From positions 62,001-126,000 of the forward strand of contig NW_026974148.1 in NCBI RefSeq assembly GCF_037042905.1: a stretch of DNA of 64,000 nucleotides. The letters run 5' to 3'. The translations under genes and the position numbers were made by a program. The notes under the pieces were generated by a model, which saw only the letters and a list, made by a program, of their open reading frames with translations, made no database searches and was not told the DNA's origin. The DNA is from Lytechinus pictus. Taxonomy: Eukaryota. Of the stretch, positions 39,389 to 51,300 are shown in pieces (position 1 is the stretch's first letter; each line of letters starts with the position of its first letter).

Positions 39389-42300
39389 ATGAAGGATGGT
39401 GATGGGCCGTCAGGTTTGGAGAAAGAAGAAAAGGGGAAGGCAAAAAAGAAGGATTCCGGAGGGTATCGATGCATGGTGATGCATTGTTCGTCGACTTATG
39501 CAACCACTACTGTACATACGATGCCAGGGCCGATGCCTCGACCTGGAGGTACCGGTAGGTTTAGCTCCTACCAAATGGCATGGATCAACTTTATCAAAAG
39601 ACACCGTGTGTTCGACCACTCATGGTTGAGACATATTCATGTGTGTAGCCTGCATTTTGATCAATCACAATATGATCAGACACAGCTCAAAATGTTTGAA
39701 CTGGGACTACGTAAATTGCCTCCGAAGCTGCTGGCAAATGCCATTCCCCATATCTACAATCCTACTGCTGACCCTGCCAGTGGCAGTGGACATGGACACC
39801 GTGATGGCACCCTTCTACATGTATCTCCTAAAGTGAGATCTAACTTTAGTACTTCAACATTGGCTAGCCCTTCATGTCCTTCCGCTAATGTTGTCCCGTC
39901 TGCCTCATCATCATTGGATGATCAGGACCCAGATAGATCATCTACATTTGTTGGCCTTGAGCATGAACATGATGGTGAAGACTACTCTCACTCTCAGACT
40001 CCAGTGAGCGCAGTGTCGGCACCGCTGGAGCCAGTGGCTGGAACTGCAACTTCGCCGACCTCTCAGGATGTTCGTAGGAAACGACAACGAACTTCATATA
40101 GCCGGAAGAAAGTGAGTAAATCATTTACAATTTAATAAGGCATGTTAGGAGTCTAATAAAAAATCAGTGTATTATTTTTTTTTGTCACGATAGGTCATTT
40201 GGGCAAAAATAATTTTCAGAGTAGAATCTAGAGTAGATCTACATCTAGACTTGCCTCTCATCATTACGGGTGTCTAATGTTAGTTCCAACAATCAAATAT
40301 GGATATTTTACATGTCTAGAGCCAAATCTAGACTCATTAAATGAAACATCAATATGAGGGGGGGGGGGGTGTAATGTAGGCCTTCATATATATCTATATA
40401 TAGAGTGTGAAGCTCAACACTCAGTCATATTGGTGTATCGGTATATGGAGATCGTGGCTGGATCGTGGGCGCACGCATGGTACGTTAGGTCGTGACCTCA
40501 GTAGTGCCGCGACGGACCATGCGTGCGACCACGCCATAAGTATAAAAGCCCCGATCTTCGAGTGATTCGAGAGAGTTTTCCAGAGTTTTCCAGTCAGTTG
40601 TTTGTTCCAGTCAGTCATCAGTCAGTAATAGTACAGTCAGTAATGAGCACGTCGAGTCAAAGGACATATCTAGTGGTAGCCATCGCCCGCAGATCGGTCA
40701 TCATCAGACGCGGATCCTAAGAAGGACTGGTTCAAGGTAAACCCTCGTCTCCACTATGGCGGGCAAGGTTACTACACAATGGCGCTACGTCTAAATTCGA
40801 ACCTGCGCTGGTTTAATAATTTTATTAAAGTGATTCAGCGCTTAAAATAGCTTTCCTAAACGTAGATTTAAGTATAAAACCTATATCACTTCCAAAAAAG
40901 AAAAGGAAAAGGAAGGAAATATCGTAGCTAGTTTATTAGATAATTTTGTAGTTTTACACATAGGTCATTTTGGTTGGGACCCGCCGCCACCGTAACGATA
41001 TATCTTTTTACACAACTATTCCAAAAAAGATTAGTGTTTTAGGGTTTTAATTGCCGTTTTGTGCACCGTTTTACCCTTACACAATTCCCTTAAACCAAAA
41101 TCTGGGTGTGTCGGGACGCCACGTAAGGCACGCGGAGTTTAACAATCCATGCATATTTTCTTTTGTCCGCCGCTCCCCGCGTCTATTGTTCGTTAGTTGA
41201 GAGCGCATGCCTTGCCCGATTGTTGCTTAATTGTGGCTGATTGCGGTAGATAAATCTACCCACCCCCATTTTCCCTGACCTTTTTTATTTAAATAATAGT
41301 TAGAATTTAATTGAATTAAACTTTGGAACTGTACTAAATAAATCAATAGCTGACTTTTGCTGTTGGTGATTTTATAGACTCTCGGTGAAGGATTATTTGC
41401 TTTACCTTGCTTGTATTTTTCTCTTAAACTGGCTGGCAATATAGGATTTTATTGCAAGCTGAATATATCTCGACGTAATAATAAATTCGCGCGCCTTCCA
41501 ACAGTTAATTGCTTCCTTTAGCTTTTACGATTGGAAATTAGTTCCCGAGCGAAAGCGAGTTTGTATTAGTACATTTAATTTTTGTTTTTGGCGCCGTATA
41601 CTGTTGCCAATCTGAAGAGTAGGGATTGGGATCTCGGATCTTGGTTATATTATGAAGGATTTGTTTTTGTGCTGCGGCGACCACAAATTAAATAACATTG
41701 CCGTGCAAAGACTTAAAATTCCGTAATATTATTTATCGTTTACATTCATCTGTATTCCCGTACGTGTTACTCTTCAGATTTCGGTAACTAATTCGCCCTG
41801 AATAAATCAATTTGTTACAGTTTGAAAACCTGGTTGAAAACGGAGTTGCCCTCTTGCAAAAAAATATAAGACGGGTTTCTCGCTCCGGATATAATTTCTT
41901 AACTTATTTTTCTTGCAAATCTAAAAGAAGAAAAATAATTATTTGACGAACGCTATTGATCGTGAAATACATATGCGTCGTCGTCTTCTGGATTGTTAGA
42001 GGACGGGATTTATTGTAAACTAATTTTACCACCCATGATCACATTCTTGTCAGCAATCCATTGCGGTATCGTTTTTAGTCAGTCCACTATTACAGGCTTA
42101 ACATTTATAAATCTCAACTATATTTGATAAATGGTTCGTGCGCGTATTTTTCTGGGAATTATAAAGCTTGTTAGTTGTTATTTTTTACATTCAGGCACTC
42201 ATAATTCTCATATACACGCGCCTCTCTAACATTTCATTTCGATTAAAAAAAAAAAGAAAAGGAGGGGAGTGGAGTGAGTCAGAATTATTTATCATCTCGA

Positions 42301-45300
42301 AAGTTCATTGACTTGTTCTAATTTAGGTTGTGCATTTGCCCCTGATTTTAAGGTTGGGCTTTTTCACTCTAGTTAGATTTGTTGAATCAGGATTTAGACT
42401 TGTCAAAGGCTGGGCTTCTTGTTTAATTCGCAGACTCTCGACCAAATATATTAAACTTTCCCCTAATTAAATTTGTTTAAACATATGTTAGTACATTAGT
42501 TAGGGATTTATTTAACATTAAGGATTGCTTCCCTCACTTTAAATTTATTAGAGAATCCAATGTTTTAAACGTCTTACATGTAGTTGCCTCCCTATAGGGA
42601 TACCTTTTTTATATTCGTGGGTTCCTGTTATTAGCAAGTTTGAAATAGTAATTAGCAAAAGCAACGTTATTGCCATAATTGAGTAATTGCAAGTTGGATT
42701 TGGGGGTTTGTCCACTGAATTATTAGGATATGATAGCGTATTTCTTACTTAATTTTCAGTTTGGACTTAGCTTAAATTCCAACTGCTAATTCCGGCGGCG
42801 GTATCGCAAGTCACTCCCTCAATCCAAGCGTCGCTTAAACTTGTCTATTTCATTACAGTTAATCCAGTTATTATCTTGTAAAAATAAGTCAGGATTCATT
42901 GAAGTGAATATATTGTTTTGTTTTCTGAATTTCAGGATCGTAACTGTAAATAAATTCTGAAGATTAAGAAATTGAAGTGCGTTACTGCTGCACCGTTTTA
43001 AGAATTTGAGCAGCAATTAGATTATTTATTCATTAAAAGTGTTTGTTATATACAGTCAAGTAGACTGAGTAATATTTACCATTCATTTGGCGAGAAGACG
43101 CCTGACACAGAGCCAAGTGGGCTTCTTGATTTTGATTTAGCTCATTTATTTATTGTTGTCTTTGACAAGCAAGAGCTCATTGTCTATATCTGTATAACTT
43201 GTAAATATATATATCAAAATTCGTACCCTTAATGTACGAGGGTGTACGGGCTTTCAATTAGTGGTTATTGTATGTTCATGCCTTCACTTTATATCTGTGC
43301 ATGAATAAATTATCAATTGTAACTTTGTTTACACATTGATATTTTGGGTTGTGCACTTGTACAAACGGGATTCTGAAATTATTCAGCATCCCGATTGCTA
43401 ATTATTACATTTAAAATAGTTGTCTTTGTAAATGTTTTCAGATTGTTATCGTATGTATGAGTACACATAGCGTCCAAATTGCGTGCGTTTGCCAAAATTT
43501 GATCGCATAAATTTTTGTAAGCCTATTTGAGCGATGCGCGTTGCATAAACTATAAGCATTTCAAGTACTTGTATAAAGTGTACTCAAATTCACAAGTTGG
43601 GCATACTATTTATAATTTGTATAGTATTACATTTTGTGACTTGTGAATTCCCTTTCGCGAATTGTATCTATTCAATACCATTCGTAAAACAATTTGCGAC
43701 TTGTATTTTTGCAATTTGCAGGTTGTTCATTTGGACTCCTCTTGTAACTTATAATATTTTGTAGAGTATAGTAAAGATAACATCGTAGTATAGGTATATC
43801 AGTAGTATTGTAGGTGTAATTGTAATCTGTACACATTATCTCCGAGAGACTTAAATTACCTTTTATATGTCCCTCCTATTATTCGTGTAATCATTTTGAA
43901 TGATAATTGAAATAATATGCCTGGGACACGGGACTATGAATATTATAGTTCAAGTTCCTCCAGCGATGAATCTTCCCATACAATTGACAGGTACCATCGC
44001 TGGTGGAGTGAACGTAAAGTCTCTCGTAGATACAATAATCGTTTGGATTCCTCTGAAAGAAGGAATCCTAGGTTGATGGAAGATCGTGATCATTCCCCTC
44101 AACGTTCAAGGCATTACCGCAATGCTCGTGGCAATGCGGTAAGTCGTGACGACAGGCAAGGGGAAGAAAATAATCATAACCGAAATAGGGATTATATTGA
44201 CAGATCCCATTCGCGCCGCAATCGGAGAGATCGCTCTATTTCCCCACGACACGATTATAGGGGAAATAATTGCTATTCTAGCGAGACTCCATTGCGAGGC
44301 GAATGCGATCGTCATCGCTATGACTCATCAAGAAGCGATCATCATCATAGGTCTCCCCTCCGTCGCAGTGGTAGGTCACGTCGTGAGTCCCCATCAAAAC
44401 ATCGGGATCATCATTATAACTATTATGATAATCAATACAATTCTCCACCACAAGGCCGAGGTGATTACCATGAGTATGATTACCGAAGACACGATCCATC
44501 TCCTCCACGTCGTGGGAGACGTTATGAATCCCCACACTACTATATGGATGATTATTATTATCACGAATGTAACGAATCTCCAATCCGACGTAGGGGAGAT
44601 GATTGCGAATCCCATTCACATAGATACCGAAATCGATCTCCATCACCTTATGAAGAAAGACGGAGGGGTGAAGGTTATAGGCGGGATCCCCCGAGAGAAT
44701 CATTTTATGATTCAAGGATGCGAGGATTGGATACTCGCTCCCCTTCACCTATTCGTCGTTCTCGATCACCATATGAAGGACGGAAGGATGACGGTTTTAG
44801 TCGGTATCCTCCTCGAGAATCATTTTATGAATCAAGTAGGTGGGATGCTCGCTCTCCTTCATCCGTTCGTTACTCAGAATGGAAGGGGAAAGACCACAGG
44901 CAGTCTTCCCCTCGAAGATCTTTTCGTGATCCTCATCGGCGGAATACTCCCTCTCCTTCACCCGTCCATTCTCGAGTAAGCACTGAGTACCCTAGCACAT
45001 CTTATTCCCGGGTAAGATCGAAAGATGAAGGAAACCATGGTTTACCCCCTCGATCCTCTCATGATCATCGCAGGCGTGAGTCTTGGTCCCCTTCATTTTC
45101 TCATCATTCAGACATCGATGGGTACCCAAGTGTTTCTTCATCTTCTGAGAAATGGACAATTGAAAATTATAAACGGCTAACCCCGCAATCATTCCATGAG
45201 CGTTCGAGGGATACTCGTTTATCTTCATCTGTCCATCTTCAAGATAATAATGATGGATACCAGAGTAATAGTTGCAGATTAGTGGCATCTTCTCCAACAT

Positions 45301-48300
45301 ATGAAAATTGTGAAACCATAGACAATAATATGCCCTCTGCCACTAATACTTTCTCACTGAAGCATATCAGGGTTACCCCAGATTCAGTAGAATATAAGGG
45401 ACCGAGTGGGTTTAACTTTCCCCCTCCCTTTAAGGCTCAAACCGAAGATACTGAGGAAACTGAAGTAGAAGTTACTACTCAGTCTCTTAAACATAGGTCA
45501 ATTGAACAACGAATTCATGTTTTGGAAGACAAGATGGACTTCGTGCTTAATCGCCTACAAATCCTTAATACACTGGAGTCCTCTGTCGAAGACCTAGCCA
45601 CTCAGATTTCCAAACTTGAGCAACTAACACGAACTTCACAAGAATCAAGGGGTTCCCTTAGAACTACTCCTGAGTCTATAGAGAAGCAGACCTCTCTCAG
45701 CCAACCTAATTCCTCCCCAGTCTTGACCAAATCCTTAGAGGAGAGTATTTCAGGTAATGGATGTGAGAGGCTTGATCCTAATGAACTCGGTGACCTATAT
45801 GCTAATAAATTAGTATCCATCGAAACTGAAGAATATCAGGGAAACGATCTGGGATCGGAGGAATGGGTCCGACCCCGATCCCAATATGTAAGGACCAACA
45901 CCCACTCTCTCCCCCTGTTTCAAGTTCACATCACATAACACCTGTCCAAAATAATAATTCTTCCCGTTCAGGTAGAAGTTTTGATCTATCATTTCTTTTG
46001 GTTGAGTGTGATGAGTCGAAACAGTTGGGCCAGCAGACAACTAGGGATGCACTGGGCAAGCAAAGTAGCCCCCCATCTCACGAGGAAGGGACTCCTCTGC
46101 ATGTCCATCCATTCTCCTATGGAGATAATCCGTCATTTATGTGCACCCCTTGGCTGCTTCCTCCTTGGCCTCCACCTTAAAAAAAAAGTGGAGATGAGAG
46201 GGAGAGGGTGAAGTAGAGTAAAGTAGACAGGGATTTTATTGCAATATTACACAATTATTGTATTATTACAATCATTACATATTAGAAATATGCATAATTA
46301 TATTGCCAGTTATTTTTGTATTTGTGCTCAAAGTTATATGAATTACATCATTTATATATTTGAAGTCTGTTAAATTCTGGCACATACACATTTCATGAAA
46401 CTTCCCTCTTGCCACAAATTCCAGAATACAGTTTGAGGGGAAGGTTCTTCTGATTAGAATATAAATTTATGCTACAGATTCATGACTCTATAATTAATGT
46501 AATTCATGGTAAACATTTCAAGATTCTTATATACACAGATACCTTTTTGTAATTAATATAATTCATAGGAAATATTTGAAATGTTGCAATGAGATCCCTA
46601 ACTCACTTTATAAGAAACGTGCAGTAAAATGCTGATTTTGTAAACAAGGACTTGCCGTTTGTTGTGGCAACAATATTGTCAGCAATGTAATCTGTATACT
46701 TGGGATTGGACTTTATTTTTATGTAATATACAATATGCACATTCATCTTTTAATCAAACAGTCATACTTTGACCTTCAATACAGTCAATGAAAATTGTTT
46801 AAACGATATTATGAACGATGTGCAGGTACCAGAAGTAGATTTTCCCACCTCTTTTAAGAATACTGGAGCTAAAAGTCTGCTGACAATATAAACATTCTAA
46901 TCATAAACCATGTTGCGAAACCAGTCTGACAGCACGTTTGATTCCAAGAGGTTTTGGGTCGTCTGCTCAAGTGCATCCTCTACTGGTTTCGATCTTTGTA
47001 ATACAAACCTGCTTGAGAAGAGAACAAGAAAAACAGGGTTTGATTTGCTGAATATGCATGTATATAAAAAGGTCCTTTCTCTGTTTTTACTATTGTCCTT
47101 TTTTGCGCAGGTTTACCCTAGGAGGTTCACTATTACGTCATATTGCCATTCTGGGTATTCTCAAACATATATTGCGATAAGTTGGAATCGTATTGGAGAG
47201 GTTTACATGAAATCATGTTAATCTGACCTATTTAAATAAAAACCTTCTAAACAAATATCAATACGACAGAATTAGAATAGACCCTAAACAGTGACTTTTG
47301 GAAAATATAATTTTCATTTATATGACCGTTGTTGAACCTCATTGGGTAATCCCAGGTAACATTGTAGGCTTTCCTATACTGTCCATCTGCAACTATTATC
47401 CACACGATTATGAATGCCCTCCGGTGAGATTATGGAATAAAAACTTGTACAAGGGCATATATATATACTTTACTCATATACTGACAGATACCTAATATGT
47501 TTTCGTCAGTCAATAGTTTGTTCAGGGGGACACATTATTTACATGCCAAATGGAATAGAGGTTTTAATGGATGACACCGTGTTTAGTAATGTAATATTTT
47601 ATACCTTTTTAAATTAAATTTGATGTGTGTTTTGTTGATCGGGGATCTTTATTGGCATCATTAATTTGTAACAGGCCAAGACAAAGGTGATGTTTAATTC
47701 CCCTTTTAATCTTTTAATCTCCCCTTGGTTTTTTATGGTTGGGAGGAATATGGAGATCGTGGCTGGATCGTGGGCGCACGCATGGTACGTTAGGTCGTGA
47801 CCTCAATAGTGCCGCGACGGACCATGCGTGCGACCACGCCATAAGTATAAAAGCCCCGATCTTCGAGTGATTCGAGAGAGTTTTCCAGAGTTTTCCAGTC
47901 AGTTGTTTGTTCCAGTCAGTCATCAGTCAGTAATAGTACAGTCAGTAATGAGCACGTCGAGTCAAAGGACATATCTAGTGGTAGCCATCGCCCGCAGATC
48001 GGTCATCATCAGCAGCTTCGATACTTCGAGGACATTACCAGACGCGGATCCTAAGAAGGACTGGTTCAAGGTAAACCCTCGTCTCCACTATGGCGGGCAA
48101 GGTTACTACAGGTAAATAGACTTCTGTTGAATGCTGGTGTTCTACTTCTGACAACTTGCTTTGGTCTAAAGGAAAAGCAAATTTATTCAATTTCGGTCAG
48201 GTCTGAACAGCAGTGCTTGGGTCTGATGGGTCGTCAATTTTTTTTTTATGCCATGCCGGTGACGATATTTCCCAATTGAATAATAGGGACGTTGTATACA

Positions 48301-51300
48301 CATTCCAAATTCATCTTGTTTATTAATTTTTTTCCAATAAGAAAAATCATAGGAGGCACAACATGCCCCCCCCACCCTTGCACCAACTGCAACTTTTGGA
48401 TGTCGTTACACATTCTACATGTAGCACACATGAAATTAATTTTCTTGATTTTGAGTAAGATGTAAAATTTACTACATGATCTCCAAGCAAAAGAGGGATC
48501 AGAGAGAGCATAACCAGTATATTCACAATGTTGACTTGATGACCTGAATAAGTGTTCCTTAACTTCCTTTAGTTTCTGATAACACATCAATGTATATGTA
48601 GATTTAATCTTAGCAGATTTATACGTAGGACTCCTCTCTCTCCTGTTCTCCAACTCTATACTCTTCAATGTACAGTATTTATAGGTTCTGTTTGTACTGC
48701 TTTTTACATTGTCATGACCGTATTTTGTTTTCCCCACCAAAATTATATTCATGAGATCATGATGACCATAGTTACTTCTCTACTTTATTTGGTAGGAGGT
48801 TGTCGAGATAACCGAGGAGTATACACGGAAAGATGATGAGGAACGAGCCTCGGCACGTACCAAAGATATTCTTGGGCGTAGTAAAGGTTTCCAGTGCTCG
48901 GTGAAGGTAGGTGAAATTGAACTATTGAACGATAATGCTATGACATGAAAGGACAAGTCCACTCCAACAAAAAGTTGATTTGAATAAAGGAGAAAATTCC
49001 AGCAAGCATGACACTGAAAATGTCATCAAAATCGAATGTAAAGTTTTCATGTATGACATTTTTAAAGAACTAATGTCACAAAATAGGCAAGTGAAGGAAC
49101 TGATGACATCACTCACTATTTCTTTTATATAAATATTCAAAATATTTTAATTTTCTCAATTGTCCTGTGAAACAAAGTTTTCTTTCTCCCTGAACGTATG
49201 GAATTGCCATTGTTTTAACATTTTATGGTTCAGTCAAGCTGGTCCTCATTGCCAAATCTGTTTTAAAAAGAAATGTTGTGTACTGTAATTCAAACAAAGA
49301 ACAAAAGAAATATTGAGGGGCATCATACATGTACATGTAGATTCTCTCATTTGCTTACATGTGACTAAATTGTGCATGCATATAACCATTTAAGTGAAAA
49401 ATAAGCAGAACTTTTAAAATGTACATGTAATTATTCAACCATCTTTTTTTTTTACATCTTAATATTGATGAAATTTTCAGCTTGTTTGTCTTGTTTGTTT
49501 TATTTATTCATTATTCTTGACAAATTGGATAATATATGAGGGGCTCAATGTCCCTCAACCCTGGGTGTATTGTTGTTGCACAGGTTATTTTGATGAAACT
49601 GGATTTGTTTTTTGAAAAAATTTCTTCACCTCCAACTTTTTAAAAATTGAAGTAAACCATACACTGTGTGTGTATGGGGGAGAGTGTATTTGTACAGTAT
49701 ATAATTGTCATGGGTGTTATCAAGGATAGTACTTTTTTTTCTATTTCATGCCATAGGCAGATTTTTTTAAAGCAAATTAAACAAGTTCAGTACATGACAC
49801 AAATGTTTTATGGATATTGGAGGGAAATGTACAAATTTTTTTCTGCTTGTTAATGGCCATCATGGATGTTTTGATCAGAAGCAGAATGTTCATAACAGTT
49901 TGAATGCATACAACATGTAGTCCTGGTAGTGTAGCAAAAGTAACTCAAGAACCATCACTTATCCAAAATACACATTTATTTCAGTAGCATTAACTAATTT
50001 ACATCCTTAGGTTCATGGAGTTGCAACTTTTTAGTTTCTATTTCAACTACCAAGTGATTCACATGTCTCTTTAGTCAAAATACTTGTGAGTAACCATTAA
50101 TAAACTAATCAATTTTCAGATGGTTCATCGGAGAGTTGGCATTCGGAAACAGAGGCGCACCTGCAAAGTGCAAGTAAAGCCCATCACTGTGTCAAAGGGT
50201 AAGTGGAGAAAATGATAAAAGCAAGTCTTTGTGATTTTGATAAATGGAGGATCATTTTGAATGCGTTCTAATTGAGCATAATACATGCACCAACAATGTT
50301 CATGATCATGGGAGGCTTGGGTGTTGACAACCTGAAATTTTCAGTAATAATAACGTCGACTTATCTCTAATATTCAATGTGAACAAATTTACTTGTATGT
50401 ATAATACAGGAATTTTTTACCATATTATGACCCCCCCCCTTTTTTTTTTTAAAGGAGGATACATAAAAATCTTCAATGTCAAGTTTATACACGTACATTC
50501 CGTATTCCTAAGTGATGGTACATGTAATTTCCATTTGACTGAGACAGAAATCTGTTGAATGATCCCGAGAGATGTGATAACAGTTTGAGCCACAAATTAT
50601 TTCTATGGTCTTCAGGATTTCTGTTTAGTTTTATTTCTTGTTTTTGTTTGCAGTTTTTCATTTAGATTTTTTTTTTTTAGTTACTGTTCTAATTTATTAT
50701 TTAGTCTTACAGTCCAAATAGGAAAGTAGCCTACATGTAGTGTAATAGGAAATATGTTGCTTTTACATTTTAATGTTCTTCATGATAGGAAAGCAAGTGA
50801 ATTTTCCGAAAGAGCGTGCAGCAGATCTTTGTGATGCAGTCACACAGACTGAAGGAATTTTTGTGTTGAAAGCAGCCAACCAACATGTTGAAAAAGAAGC
50901 AGTGGATGATGTCGAGGATGAAGCAACGGACGATGAACCAGCAGATGATGAACCAGTGGATGATGAGACCAAGGACCCCACATATATTCCAGGTGAAGAG
51001 ACCAACTCACCACGCAAAGAAGGGCAGTCAAGGTAAATTTTGTTTTATCCTATTAAATTCATTTGACATAAATATACAATACCCTATTCTTGACATTGTT
51101 CATTAATTTTAGTAAAATACAAAGCTGTTTGACATCACAAAAATACATAAATATAAAACCTGATCTAAATAATATATGGTGAATATGCAACTACCTGTGA
51201 TCAGTACATGCAAATTCAACTGTATTTGTCATTTTTCTTTTCAGTAATGCCTCGGAATACTTGTAATCCTGAATTCTTTCTTCTTATTTTCTATTTGTTG

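Larger units (their letters stand above)
40444..48110 (+). mobile_element. Non-autonomous LTR retroelement (Gypsy-like ends), 7667 bp, in intron 1 of the Kolobok-2 transposase
   Basis: LTRs 40444-40776 and 47749-48110; GGTA TSD at 40440-40443 and 48111-48114; PBS-like TGGCGCT at 40780; PPT GGGAGGAA at 47741-47748; no protease, RT or integrase ORF. Confidence 0.93.

Noticed and set aside
39389-40135. Stand-alone host THAP gene
   Set aside because: The donor at 40111 splices in frame to the downstream DDE exons inside TIRs; it is transposase exon 1
40421-40720. Duplicated short ORFs also seen at 47714-48115
   Set aside because: They are translations of the two LTR copies
44146-44979. 277-aa overlapping ORF and antisense ORFs within the Arg/Ser-rich gene
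   Set aside because: Ile-rich shadow frames expected from the CAT/GAT/TAT/CGT codon bias of the main ORF
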